Below the pieces are notes generated by a model. The model saw only the letters and a list, made by a program, of their open reading frames with translations, was not told where the DNA came from and did no database searches. 64,000 nt of DNA from positions 9,734,001 through 9,798,000 of the forward strand of contig OZ024742.1 in the NCBI GenBank assembly GCA_964016885.1, given 5' to 3'. Positions 16,517-31,136 of this stretch are shown here, in pieces. The number at the start of each line of letters is the position of its first letter. Positions within the stretch are counted from its first letter, which is position 1. This DNA comes from Eledone cirrhosa (Eukaryota). Made by a program: the position numbers and the translations under genes.

Positions 16517-16610
16517 TATCAGTTCGTTTAATCAGGTCTGATAATTTTGAATATCAGTTCGCTTAATCAGGTCTGATAATTTTGAATATCAGTTCGCTTA
16601 ATCAGGTCTG
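16517..16610. repeat. ~35-bp tandem repeat, about 2.7 copies
   Basis: tatcagttcgcttaatcaggtctgataattttgaa is repeated. Confidence 0.85.
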
Positions 16611-16816
16611 TCCTGGAACTTAACAATAATGTCGTGGAATCTATATTAATATTAAGAACACTAGTGCCAAATGATAAAGAATTGATGTCAACGATAAATC
16701 AGCTACTCGAAAGTGTGAATAAGGGCAAAGTACAATATCCTATGTAAAACTGTATATCACAACATATACACAGGTCCCAAGCGGTATTTCTAATACAAAC
16801 ATAAATAGTAATAATA

Positions 16817-19063
16817 CTTTCTTTATTAACCACAAGGGTTTACACAAAGTAAACATTAAGGACAGTACAGGACAATACAGGACTGTACAAAAGGGGCATT
16901 TCTGCGTGTAAAAAAAACAAAAAACAGAGGATGTAATAATAGAACAATGAAAAAATTCCCCAATAGGGGAGAGACTTCCGAGGGACATTCGTGGAGAAAG
17001 CCCATTAAAAAGCCACAGTGACCCTGACCACCAGGGCAAGTGCCCTCTCCCAGTTTTCCACCTATAATTTACAGACACATACTCAGAGTAGGCCCATTCA
17101 CTCGGGCCATTCTTGCCTCTCTCACCCATCTTTCAACAAAATGCTGGGAAGAGAACACCTCCCTCTCTACCCTGATTTTCTTTTTCAAATGAAATTTGAA
17201 AAATTTAATCAGGGCATCACCGAAGAGGTAAGTGCTCGTCTTCAGCCCTTTCAAACGTGTCCACCATACTATCTCTTTCGCCATGTCCACCAGACAGATA
17301 AAAACTGCCTGCCCTTCCCGGCTAAAGGAAGAGGGCGTGGCAATCATCACGCTGGACTCAGCTGATAGCTGGATCCGTCCTACACGCGACAGCAGGTGTT
17401 CGACATAAACCCCACAAGTCAGCAATTTTCGGTCACTGGACGAGTGCGTGCAGGAAGGTTTCGTCGCTATGCGCGCATCTCGGACATGCCCGGCTGACGG
17501 CACCTCCATACCGGTAGAGTTTGTCCCGAACCAGCAAGGTTTCTCGGTAGCACTGCCAGGCCAGGGATTTCTGGAAGTTGTCCATAGGCGCCGGCCCGAA
17601 AGTTCTTCCGAAGAGATTGGCTAGTTGATTTTCGTCGAGGCCTAGAGTTTCCCCAAGTACGTCGTCGCTCTTCCCCTCCACTAATCCTCTATAGAACGCC
17701 GAGGTGGAGTTTCCACCGATCACATTGCCCGATTGGTCGAGGGCTGTGAGCGCCTGAAGACATTCCAGTCTCCAAGCGCTCCCTCTCCGTCTTCGTTTGT
17801 CCCAGGACTGCAGCTCCGTCAAGGAGACGAGCTGGGGAAAGACGCGTCTAGCAAACGGTGACCACACCTGATCACCGTCGAGGAAGAGGTGGAGATGTCG
17901 CAGCCTGAGCGCGTGTCTGCGCATCATCAGCCACGGCATACCCAGCCCTCCACGTAGCGGGTGTTGACAACATATGGACCACCTGACCATCGGAGCGCGT
18001 CCCTTCTACAAAAAGCGAAAGAGCAAACGCTCCAGCGCAGTCAGGCGAGGCTTAGGACAAGGTACGACGGCCAGGCGGTAGCAGATGACGGACGCGATGT
18101 ACGCGTTAGCCACCTCCGCTCGACCTTTCAGGGATAACTTCCTCTCCGCCCATTTCTGGGTAAGAGAAGCCACCCTTCTCGCCACCTCGTCCCAGTTTTT
18201 GTCCGTCTGGAGGTCCGGACCAAACCAGACCCCTAGCAATTTAACCAGTCCGTCCGTTCAGCGCCCGACGACGCTGTTGGACGCCATGGACCTGCCTCGC
18301 CAGGTGCCGAGCTGCAGGCCCACTGACTTTTCCTGGTTGATCATTGCTCCTGTCACCGCTTCGTATTCTCTTAGTGTAGTTCCGATCGCCTCGGTGTGTT
18401 TGACGTTCGACACCACTACGGTGACATCGTCCGCATATGCTGACACGGATCTTCCGCATCCTAGTTCGCGCGGGACGCCCCTCAACGACTCCAGTTTATG
18501 CAGTAATAGCTCGAGAGTCAATACGTACAAGAGGGCCGAGAGGGGACATCCTTGGCGGACCGAACACATGATGTTGAACGGTTCTGAAAGGTGACCGTTC
18601 ACTCTCACCACAGAGCAGATGTCGCTGTGCATGGCAGCGATCCAGCCTCTGAAGACGGGCCCAAAGCCAGCCGCCTTCAGGACTGCCGCTAGGTAAAGAT
18701 GGTCGACCCCATCGAAAGCTTTCGACTGATCTAAATTGATCAAGGACCCACCCGTGCCAGGTTCCCTAGCTACCCTCTCTACGATGTATCGCATGAGGTG
18801 GAAGTTGTTGTGGATGGATCTGTCGGGAATGGCGTATGTCTGCGCCTCTCCCACCAGACCACCAACGACAAGCGCCAAACTCTTTGCTAGCACCTTGGCC
18901 ATAATCTTGAACTCTGTGTTTAGCAGAGTTGTGGGCCTGAAATTATCTATGTTATCCCCCTTGTTCGGATCCTTTCTCAGCAGCGCCACCGCTCCTCGGC
19001 TCACAGTGCTGGGAATTATCCCGTTCTGTTGCCAGTTGCAGTAGACGTCCGCCAAGAGGCCTC
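16817..19063 (-). mobile_element. 5'-truncated Tx1/L1-type LINE with near-complete RT domain, zf-RVT-like end and AATAAA at its 3' end
   Basis: NFRPTTLLNTEFKI, LDQSKAFD, VRQGCPLS.LLY, SAYADDVT, LGVWFG, GGLGMP and ACPRCAHSDET. Stops and indels split the ORF. Candidate 14-bp TSD aaatagtaataata at 16803-16816 and 19064-19077. Confidence 0.92.
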
Positions 19064-19096
19064 AAATAGTAATAATACAAACATAAATAGTAATAA

Positions 19097-20210
19097 ATCA
19101 ATCTGTGAACGCAGAAGTAAATATTTCGAAGGAAAGCAGGAAGACGATATTTTGGTTCGTGGAAACGTTTCCTGGCAAAGAACGTAAAAAAGCGAATATA
19201 ATACGTCATTATTTGGACCGTGGAGAACAATTACACGCAAAGACAAAACCACGTTTTTGGCATAAATGGAATCGTAGACTAAAATTCTATTTAGGAAACA
19301 GAATGATTCTCGGCTTCAGAGTTAAGAATAATTGTTCTACTTTTGGCACAAGGCCAGAAATCATCCCAATGCATTACTGGAACTTTATTTTATCGACCCC
19401 GTAAGGATGAAAGGCAAAGTTAACCTCAGCAGGATTTGAACTCAGACCGTAAAGGAGGGAACTCAATGCTGCAAACATGGTGTCCGACTCTCTACCGATA
19501 CTGCCAATAAATAAATTAGTAGAACGAAAATGACAGAGGTTATTAAAATCATAAAAGTAATAATAATTAGATATATACATACACACATCTATATACGTGA
19601 AAACATCCGCCAAGCATGCACGTACACATAAACACGCGCACACGTACATAAACCCGCGCGACACATGTACCCGCACACATACGAACGTATACACCTAATA
19701 CACATAAAAAAGTATGTGTTTGTGTATACATATAATTATATAAACGTATATAAATAACAAACATAAATTCGTATATAACACACACACACATATACCTACA
19801 GGTAAATACACAAAACTCAATGTACACGTATACACACCTTACATACATGCAAACACGCATACACGCATACACACACAAACACAAAATACACATACACACA
19901 TAACCATATACACATATACCAGAATAATAAAATATACACCTATAACAAATACAAGCATATATACGTACGAGAAAGTATACGTACCTCCACAAAACATACG
20001 GGTAAGGTGTACTTACCTATACAAATAAGTAATGGTATAAACATAAAATATACATAGCTACCACATCAAGACGTAAAATATCCGCGTATTGTTCGTACTA
20101 TCCGTTAGGGTATAATGTGGGGTTATAATATAGGAAGTGTTATGCAATTTGTATTTACAAGCCGAAATTGCCTCAGATTTTTTGTTTAAGATGTTGTCAT
20201 TGGCGTAGTG
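19097..20210 (-). mobile_element. Second Penelope-like remnant (end of the GIY-YIG region plus 3' region), interrupted by a SINE
   Basis: The reverse complement matches 7520-8530 (e.g. catcttaaacaaaaa..ctgaggcaatttcggcttgtaaa; gcggatattttacgtcttgatgtggtagcta). Confidence 0.75.
19328..19508 (-). mobile_element. tRNA-like SINE inserted in the Penelope-like copy
   Basis: Reverse-complement SINE motifs. Confidence 0.85.
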
Positions 20211-20512
20211 AAAAATGTGTGAGATCCTTGGTACAGTTAGGTATGTCTGAAAAAAAGGAAAAGAATAACTTCACCTGATCTCAGTTTGACAACCGCCACC
20301 GACGAATGCGAGAAAGTTCCCCAAGAAAGTTAACCAGGAATCTTTAAAATTCTTCCCACCGAAGTTAACAAAGAACTTACTAGATCTACCAACTCATAAT
20401 ATTATAATATTATAAATTTAAATCAAATTATTTAGAACTACAAGTGAAGTCATTCTTTTCCTTTAAAAAAAATATCTATATCTATATATATCTATATCTA
20501 TATATATCTATA

Positions 20513-20543
<31 letters not shown>

Positions 20544-20552
20544 CTATATCTA

Positions 20553-20609
<57 letters not shown>

Positions 20610-21289
20610 TTCTATCAGTAGGGACTACGAAGGTAAAGACCAAAATCTAGTTTTATTTGAAGGTTGTGCAGTAAAGGGTTAAAGTAGGGTATTCCGGAGT
20701 GCAAGTGTTAAAGATAATACTGACAAATGAATAAACTATTTCAACACTTTCAATATCATTTCTTTCCCCCACGTGAATTATAGAATATTTGCAATATGTC
20801 TCAAGAAATTATAGCATGTTTACATCTTTAGATAATCATCTTTAAAAAATGGACAGATGATTTATTGCGAACATGTTCTAGAAGATGTCTATGTAAAAAA
20901 ACATAATAAAATGAAAAAAATGTTATTTAAAAGATATATTCATTTCATCTCTTTCTCTGGAAGTCAACAGAGATAAGCACTGTAAACATATTTTTCGAAT
21001 ACAAAAATATATGGATTTATAAACAACAAAGAATAGAAAACATCTGCTTGATATGTGCAGTTTTACGACTCCGACAGAAACCTTCCAGCATCTGTCATGA
21101 AATAAGGTGCAGCTATGAGAAGGGGATTCAAACAATTAACAGAAGAAAAGTCTATAAAAATGTATGTATTAAAATAAAGGATATGAATTGAAATGCTAAT
21201 ATCTATTATATATTTCCATTAGATTAATATATCCTATAGTTTCGTAACATTTATATAGCATAAATATTTAATGTTTTTGTGACGTTTAA

Positions 21290-21470
21290 TAATGGTTTTT
21301 CATTTAAACACAAGGCCAACAATTGGCGGAGGAAGCAAGTCGATTAAATCGAACCCAGTGCATTACTGCTACTCTATTTTATCGACCTCAGTAAGGATGG
21401 ATGATTATAAAGCAGCGTAACACTATGCCATAAAGCATGTTGTCCGACGCCGATACTGGCAATCGACAGT
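21290..21470 (-). mobile_element. Degenerate SINE
   Basis: cacaaggcc..gtcgattaaatcga..ccagtgcattact..atcgacc. Confidence 0.65.
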
Positions 21471-22129
21471 CCTTCTCTGATATAATGGGGGATGTGTAGT
21501 AATGTTAAATGATATCCAACGATGCAGCTTCAGCTACACAATTTTGCTAACGGAAAATATTTATGATAAACAGATTGTCTTCTACGGTAATCTCAGGCAG
21601 ACCAAACCTTTAAGAATAAAATGTGTTAAGAGAGAAATAATGTGGAAGCTTGACTGCATTTTTGGAAACGGAATTACTTAAGAGCTACAGGATTAAGAGA
21701 GGCAACTCTGTTGGTTTGAATAGTAGTCTTCCAAGTGAAGGGGCGTTAGGTAATGGTTGGCTAATTTGGAATGGGTGGGGACCTTATACTGGCGTTGTCG
21801 ATTTGATATTTACTTGAAGTGGTGCAGTAGAGATAGAAGCAGAACACTGGTAGGAGCATTGGGCGTATAATGGGGGGAGTGAGATGTGGAAGTACATGAC
21901 TAGATGGTGATGGTGGTGAGAGTGAGGAGAGGGGTTGTTTAACTTCCCTAAATCTCAGCTGATAGGGTAGGTAAACTTTATGAAATTGGAAACTAGAAGT
22001 AACGCCGATATGGAATTTGAGATTCCAAGGAAGCAACAGCAACATATGTATTGAGTACTTTTGTCATGTGTGTACATCTAACGGAATGCACACAGACACA
22101 TATCAACAAATTAAATATCCCTCCCTTTG

Positions 22130-22195
<66 letters not shown>

Positions 22196-22729
22196 TATAC
22201 ACTTATACATATACAATATATATATATACTTACATATATTCATACATACGCATCTACATCATAGATTCATAGATATCATATGCATGTGTGTGTTTGTTTG
22301 TGTATGTATGTGTGCGTATGTGTGTGTGTGCGTAGGTGGGTGTGGGAGAGTGATGGCGGTGAAGAAGAAGTATAGAGCGAGAAATATGTGTGTGCATCCA
22401 TCTATCATGAATGTAAAAAACCTAAGTAGCAAAGCATCAGGATATTATGTGACCCCCAGGGTATATCATGTAATATATGTTGCCTAACTGACGGCAAACT
22501 AGACGCTTACTCAGTGAAGTTCCTTAATTAGAATTAGTTTTGTATGGGCTCAACAGAAAATAGAAAAAAAAACGTATTATTTGCATATCTTTATCATTGT
22601 GTGGGAAAATGAGATATATTCTATTTTTGATATAAACAGTATACCATGACATATGTGACGAGAACATATTCTGTTAAAGTAGCAAAATGTGAGTGACATA
22701 GTATAGGTATCTACTGTAAACTATGACAG

Positions 22730-22910
22730 TCAGTGTCGGTAGAACGTCGGACGCCATGCTTTGTAGCATAGAGTTACGGCTATTTATGGTCTGAGTTCAA
22801 ATCCCGCCGAGGTTAACTTTGCCTTTCGTTCTTACGGAGTTGATAAAATGAAGCACGAGTAATTCACTGGAATAATTGCTGGCCTTGTGCCAAGAGTAGA
22901 AACAATTATT
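22730..22910 (+). mobile_element. tRNA-like SINE
   Basis: B-box gagttcaaatccc and the family tail. Confidence 0.85.
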
Positions 22911-23291
22911 TTCATTGTATGATAACCATATCTTATTACGTCATATGCTCTGACTTAGCTGTCTTGGAAATCTAATATGTTGTAAATGTATTCCATAATG
23001 TCCTCAAACCTATTTGCAACGAAACTAATTATCAAATTAAATCATTCATTATTCGCAGTTTTGCTTCAATAAAAACCATCACAATTGCTAATATTTTGCC
23101 AATATTTTCCCAAGGTTTCCTTTCCATACTGTACCCCTCCAAAAGTCGTTAGCATAACTCAAAATTATTTTCGTTGAGTAATTCAGCAAGCAGTTTTAGA
23201 ATCAATGTTGCAAATACCGTATAAAAGGTAAGTCTCTTGAATGAAATTATAAGCCAAACCCTGACGGATTTACACACACACACACACACAC

Positions 23292-23359
<68 letters not shown>

Positions 23360-23434
23360 CATATATATATATATATATATAGTGAAATAAAATAACAAGG
23401 ACGATTTGTTACTGCTTCATTACGTTTATTGGTT

Positions 23435-23519
23435 GGTGACGCGCGTTTCACCACTGATCAGCTCAAGGTTCTATCTGTATCGATCTATCCCGACTCTGTA
23501 AACAGCGGCTCGTCAGACC
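23435..23519 (-). ncRNA. Minimal type-I hammerhead ribozyme motif (family B)
   Basis: ggt-CTGACGA-gccgctg..(long loop)..cagtggt-GAAA-cgcgcg-TC-acc. Palindromic ACGCGCGT stem III and GUC cleavage triplet, followed by AATAAA and then (TA)n. Confidence 0.8.
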
Positions 23520-23676
23520 CCTTATAATGGTAATGGAAAAATGAATACATATTCACTTTTCCATATATTATTTTCACTATAATATACTCTGTATAGCTCT
23601 ACACCTCGATTGAAGTGAACCTAAGCATCGAGTACTCACCCAGGTGAACCTACAGTAACTCCAAGTTACACTCCCT

Positions 23677-23750
<74 letters not shown>

Positions 23751-23805
23751 CGGCGATGAAATAGTTTTGAGAGGTTTTTTATATGAAATCGTGTGTTGAA
23801 ACAAA

Positions 23806-24387
23806 TATTGTTATACTTGAGGAGGGTCATATTTGTGCAATATTGCCAGAATTAATAACAGAACACACTCAGTGTTTGGTTGGTTTTCGCTTTTCGCTTC
23901 TGTGTCTTTTATAACGGTAATCTAGTTTATTCGGTCCTCAATGTTGCCATTGACTGACCAACGGTCAAAAATAATACAGATACAATATAGACACAAACAT
24001 ATATATATAGTTTATTAAAGTTATTTCCTTGCACATCTGCAACATCGTCAGTGGTGCTATTGTTTCCTCCCGTTACATTGTATGTCTACGCCATCTTTAT
24101 TTAGTCTGTTTATATATTTATTTATTTATTCGTTTGTTTGTTTATTTTATTTTGTCTTCTTTGCGCATGCGTTTGCGTGTGTGTATAAACTATATATATG
24201 TGTTTGTGTCTATATTGAATCTGTATTATTTTTTACCGTTGGTCAATCAATGGCAACATTGAGGACCGAATAAACTAGATTACCGATATAAAAGACACAG
24301 AAGCGAAAAGCGAAAACCAACCAAACAGTGAGTGTGTTCTGTTATTAATTCTGGCAATATTACACAAATATCACCCTCCTCAAGTAT

Positions 24388-24394
<7 letters not shown>
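23806..24394. mobile_element. Fold-back/MITE-like element with ~210-bp inverted arms and ~170-bp spacer
   Basis: 23806-24015 is the reverse complement of 24185-24394 with few mismatches. Confidence 0.85.
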
Positions 24395-24430
<36 letters not shown>

Positions 24431-24467
24431 GCCCTCTTTGGATTTGAGTCTTCAAAGTTATTATTAT

Positions 24468-25054
<587 letters not shown>

Positions 25055-25163
25055 TTTGTTCTGGCTCGTTAATTTATTAACCCGCCATTGAACCACACTG
25101 GCATTTGTTTGGACAATACATGCGTACCATGGCGCCTTGTGCGTGAAGGAACGTATATCCTAT

Positions 25164-25287
<124 letters not shown>

Positions 25288-25518
25288 GATATTAAACAAA
25301 TGGAAAATATATCTATAAAACCATATTTATTTCGTTATATATATTTCTGGGATATCATATTAAAAATATGGTATGCCTACTCCAGAAACTGTTGAGTGCT
25401 TTTATGTCAGTTATAAAATATTTACTCGTTGTAACCCAACAATCTTAAATAAAACTTTTGCATATATATATATATATATATGTATTTATATATATATATA
25501 TATATATATGTATTTATA

Positions 25519-25582
<64 letters not shown>

Positions 25583-25672
25583 ATATTCAGACCGCTGGTG
25601 TATGAACGTTGTAGTGAACGAATCTGAAATGTTGTTTATTATTCTCGAGGATTACGTTAATATAGTTAAAAC

Positions 25673-25737
25673 ATAAAGTACCAGTAATGCACTGGGTAAT
25701 TGCTGGCCCTGTGCCAAAAAGTAGAAACAATTATTAT
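25673..25737 (+). mobile_element. SINE 3' fragment
   Basis: ataaagtaccagtaatgcactgggtaattgctggcc..gtagaaacaatta. Confidence 0.75.
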
Positions 25738-25916
25738 TTTTACTTTTCTTTTTAGTAAAAAGAACTTTATTAATATTTACAGCGCTTGCCTTCCATTTCA
25801 GTTAAATCTCATTTGTCACATTATCAATAGGCAATCATCTGCTCAACAGAACGATGTCACCTAAATAATTTCTCCGGAAATAAGGGGAAAACAACGCACA
25901 TTATTTATAACCCAAA

Positions 25917-26109
25917 GGGCGGTGGATTGGCAGTATCGGTAGAGGGTCGGACGCCATGATTTGACGCATAGAGTTACGGTCCTTGCCATTCTGAGTTCAA
26001 ATCCCGCCGAGGTTAACTTTGCCTTTCATCCTTACGGAGTCGATAAAATAAAGTACCAGTAATACACTGGGTAATTGCTGGCCTTGTGCCAAAAGTAGAA
26101 ACAATTATT
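25917..26109 (+). mobile_element. Full-length tRNA-like SINE
   Basis: Head, B-box, core and tail are all present. Confidence 0.88.
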
Positions 26110-27935
26110 TATAACCCATGGCAGACACTGGTGTGCATATTGCATCTTAGCACGAAGGTTTGTATTTCAATCCCCTTCCACTCCAAAATAAACTTCACAC
26201 CAAGCTGTGACATTTCATGTTCTACCAGGAATTGTAATATTACAAATTACACCTAGCTGGATTTTAAAACAAGAAAGGAACCTTAAATATTCTACACGGA
26301 GATACACGTTCTCAACATAGGTGAAGACAGTTCAGAATCCTAGGCCATATTTCATAGGTCTTGTTCTCTGGATCATCAACCTCAACAGAAACAACTTCAG
26401 GAATTTCTGTGCACTCTAACTTAGATGTAGAGTTTGTCATTCTCTCCCCTTCCTCTTACTTTCGTTCTTTAATATCCCTTGTCCTTTCCGTCCCTTTCCT
26501 CTCTTGTGTTGAGAGATACACTTAACTTTAGCTTGAGGAATCCGTATTAAAATGTCACCTATCGTTAGAATATTTTCATGGTACATTGAGTAGATTGAAA
26601 CTTTAACATTTTGTCGTGAAATGTAAAACTGTTCGCCTTGTGGGGTCAGTATAGTTTAAAAAATATATGGAGGAGAATTCTTAATATTTTATTGCCAGCT
26701 AGGTTGCAAAATCGTATACAGCTGTCCTGAATTCAATGACGTGACACTGCTTAAACTGAATAAATATACTAAATTTTTCGAAGTCGAAAATATGAAATTC
26801 GCTCCCCATTACTTAAACTGGTGCTCAATTTATTGAACTTAGTGTAAGATATTTAAGTAATTGACACTTGAAAGATGTCATTTGAAGTCAGTACTTGACC
26901 AGCACTTATTTAATTGACGCCGGGAGGATAACTTAATATTTTGACCTCGGACGATTTTGAACAAAAACGTAAAAAAATGGAATTAAACGCTGCAAGGAAT
27001 TTTCTGCATATTTCTAAGAATTCTACCATTCCACTCCGCTTCCTAACTGTATGTACTCAATAAAATATGTGTATCATGATATAGAGTAAAGTCTAACTCT
27101 TCCACGATCCATTGACCCGAGACGAGCAATAAATAGCCTAATAACAATTTATTTGACACTAAAGAACTACGAAGATAAAAAGTATTCCCATAACTCAATA
27201 TTTACTACTAGCTTCTTGCTACCGATAACAACTATTTGCTGTGTACAACTAGTTTAGTTGCAATATCTTACTCATAGACGTAATGATTCTATAACATAAA
27301 CAGTATGTTCAATAACAAATATAATTGTTTCTCCAATTTGAAAAGTTGGCTTTCATGCTGTAAATTGGAGAATTTGTGTCAATAACTTTATATTTACAGT
27401 CTGTGTATTGGAGTCTCGAACTCCAGAGAAATCAACTGTTAGACTTTAATAGACACAACTGATAGTCACGAGAAAGGGAACATAATTCATTGTTAACTGA
27501 CGTTTATTTTTGGTCTTTAATTTCATTTCTTTCTTTCTCTATTTCTTTCTTTGTTGTTCTTTCTTTCTCTTCCTTTCATTTCTTTCTTTGTTGTTCTTTC
27601 TTTGTCTTCCTTTCATTTCTTTCTTTCTTTATTTCTAAATAATTCTTTAAATTTATGCTTCAAGTTACACAAGGTTATCATATTAATTTTTATTTTTCTT
27701 CTGTTGTTTAAATATTTTTATAAAAATTGATTTGGTACAAAACACTTACTCTCAAACAAACACATAAACACACATATACTTATACAACCACATGTACTCA
27801 CACGCACACGTATGTACACACACATATGCTCATACACACACAAATCATTTCCATATCTTTCCTTCAAACCAATTTAATTGACGACGACAAACAAAACAAA
27901 TAAATAAATGAAAATATGATAAAAATACAACAAAA

Positions 27936-28299
<364 letters not shown>

Positions 28300-28416
28300 A
28301 AAAAAACAACGAATAAAAAAGAGATTCAAATTTGAAATTTTCAGTAGTTTTGAAATGGTGAGTTTATCTGTTGTGATCAGGGATAGTCATTGAATTGTTG
28401 TTATGGTAAATATATT

Positions 28417-28481
<65 letters not shown>

Positions 28482-29354
28482 AGTACACCAGTAAAAGTTT
28501 TCCTTAAAATGAAATGTTGATGTTTAAAATCGATTATTTGAGAAAATGTTACTTTAAGTAAATATAGCCGTAAATGAGAGAGATTTTAACGATAATATCG
28601 TTTGAATGTGAAGAAAGATGGAGACGAGAGAAAAATAGAGAAAGGGTAAGAAAATGAGGGATAGAATGAGAGAAAGGGAGATGGTTAAAGAAGGAGGATT
28701 GAGAGTAGAATGTGGCAAAAGTGTTTAAATGCATGACAGATAAATGTTGGTAATTTTTAGTAGAATTAAATCCATTTAAAATGCCAAATTACGAAAATGT
28801 GGCGAATAATTTATACTTTTCACTAGTTTTTATGTCAATTTCGATGAAATCAAGAGAAAATAAACAAAACATTTTACAATTTTAGAATGATGATTCAGAC
28901 GAAACTACATTCACACATCTATAGTTTTTAACTTTTCTTTATATTTTCTCTAAATTATCTTCTGTCATATGTTTTCTTTGTTTCTTTTATTATTCAACTT
29001 TTACCTCCAACTTACCATTTACATCATATGTCTCTCTCTTGATTTCTTTCTCACTCTTACTGAACCTCTGTACACCTCTTTTGCCATTCCCTTTCTGTCT
29101 CACTAGCCCCCTTTGTCCCTCACCACACACTCTTCCTTTATCTCTTTCTCTCTCACTAGCCCCCTTTGTCCCTCACCACACACTGTCTCTTTTTCTCTTT
29201 CTCTCTCACTAGCTCCCTTTGTCCCTCACCACACACTCTCTCTTTCTCTCTCGTTCTCTCCTACTCCCTCTTTAAAATACCATGTCAAGTACCTTGACAT
29301 ATCTTTAACAATTGTTTATGTTAAAAGTGTTGTCCCTTTAATTTCTCTATCCTC

Positions 29355-29704
29355 TTCATCATCACCACCATCATCACCACCATCATCATTACCATTATCA
29401 TCCCCATCACCATCATCACCATCATCATCATCACCACCATCATCACCACCATCACCATCATCATCATCATCATCACCACCACCATCACCATCATCATCAT
29501 CATCATCATCATCACCATCACCATCATCATCACCACCACCACCATCATCACCACCATCACCATCACCATCACCACCATCATCACCATCATCATCATCATC
29601 ATCCCCACCACCATCATCCCTATCACCATCATCACATTCACCATCATCATCACCATCATCATCACCATCATCATCACCATCATCATCATCATCATCATCA
29701 CCAT
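29355..29704. repeat. (ATC/ACC)n trinucleotide low-complexity tract
   Basis: Directly visible. Confidence 0.95.
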
Positions 29705-29877
29705 TTTTTCCTTCCTTCAACATCTTATGCACCAATCGCTTCAGTTATACGACGTGACGTAGACATTCTAAAATTGGCGGGTTTCGTCCATTCTTCAGGT
29801 CTGAACACAGCCGATCTCTCCAGAGAAGGGGAGAAAGAGTAATAGGATAGGGCGGAGCTGAAACAGAGAAAAAGAGG

Positions 29878-30066
29878 AATAATTGTTTCTATTTTAGGCA
29901 CAATGCCAGCAATTACCCAGTACATTACTGGTACTTTATTTTATCGACCCCGTAAGGATGAAAGGCAAAGTTAACCTCGGCGGGATTTGAACTCAGATCG
30001 TAAAGGGACGTAACTGTGCTGGAAAGCATGTCTGACCCTCTACCGATACTGCCAATTCACCGCCCT
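29878..30066 (-). mobile_element. Full-length tRNA-like SINE
   Basis: Reverse-complement SINE motifs. Confidence 0.88.
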
Positions 30067-30486
30067 TGAGGAATAATGTGACATTTTGTATTGACCATGA
30101 CATTACAAAGTTTCTGTCAATTTGACGCCTATACCGAATGCTTATGTTCCATTTAAGTTTACACCAGTTGCTACCATATCTTAAGAGAGGATCCCAAAGA
30201 GATCTGCTATGAAGAATGCAACGAATTGGCGCAGAATCCTCTCCAAATTTTGAGTGAAAATTCCACCGACGTCAAATTTAGGATCGATAAATGAAATACA
30301 TATTCAAATCGCATGATTAGCGATGATGTTCGAACATCCAATGGGATACATTGCTCTATCTATTCATTTTCTTGGCGCAAGAAATTCAAATCTCGCATCG
30401 TATATCTAGTCTCACTGTCGCTCCACCTACGAAAATAATATTTAAAAGGCAGGAATATTATAACCCATGGTTTCTCATCTAGAAGA

Positions 30487-30640
30487 ACAATGGTTTTTGA
30501 TTTAGGCATAATGCCAACAATTTTGGGGGAGGGGAAGGACCGCTGTAAGAATGAATAGCAAAGTTAACCTCGGCGAGATTTGAACTCAGAACGTAAAGGG
30601 GCGTAATTATATACTTAAAGCATGTTGTCCGATGCGCTAA
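30487..30640 (-). mobile_element. Degenerate SINE
   Basis: gcaaagttaacctcggcgagatttgaactcagaacgtaaaggg. Confidence 0.7.
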
Positions 30641-30894
30641 GAAAACTCTTACGAAAAATCTACTTTGATATTTTGTTGTATCCCCCTCCCCCCATGAAAC
30701 ATTTGTTTGTTACTGATATATACTACATGTATGTAAAGTGTATATGATATGTACGATACTATAATATTTTTGGAGTTGCTATGTTACGTGACACACCCAT
30801 GTAAATGTTCTTTACCCACATAGCAACATTGGTCCAGAAGGCATATTATCAAAAGCACTATGGTATTGACTCCCTGTGTCACCTTTGAGTATAT

Positions 30895-30991
30895 CAGACT
30901 ACTTTGCCTTTCATCTTTACGGGGGTCGATAAAATAAAGTACCAGTAATGCACTGGGTATTTGCTGGCCTTGTGCCTAAAGTAGAAACAAT

Positions 30992-30993
<2 letters not shown>
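30895..30993 (+). mobile_element. SINE 3' half
   Basis: actttgcctttcatc..gggtcgataaaataaagtaccag, then the tail. Confidence 0.8.
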
Positions 30994-31025
<32 letters not shown>

Positions 31026-31051
31026 AGCACGTGTGTGTGTGTGTATGTATG

Positions 31052-31136
<85 letters not shown>

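Noticed and set aside
28340-28365. ATG followed by a gtgagt donor
   Set aside because: It is an isolated signal, and joining it in phase 0 to the 31445 candidate exon gives a stop.
29113-29757. Ser/Pro- or Asp/Gly-rich ORFs
   Set aside because: They are products of the (ATC/ACC)n tract.
29730-29790. CCAAT, TGACGT and TTGGCGGG cluster resembling a promoter
   Set aside because: The motifs are short, lie between repeats and have no associated gene.
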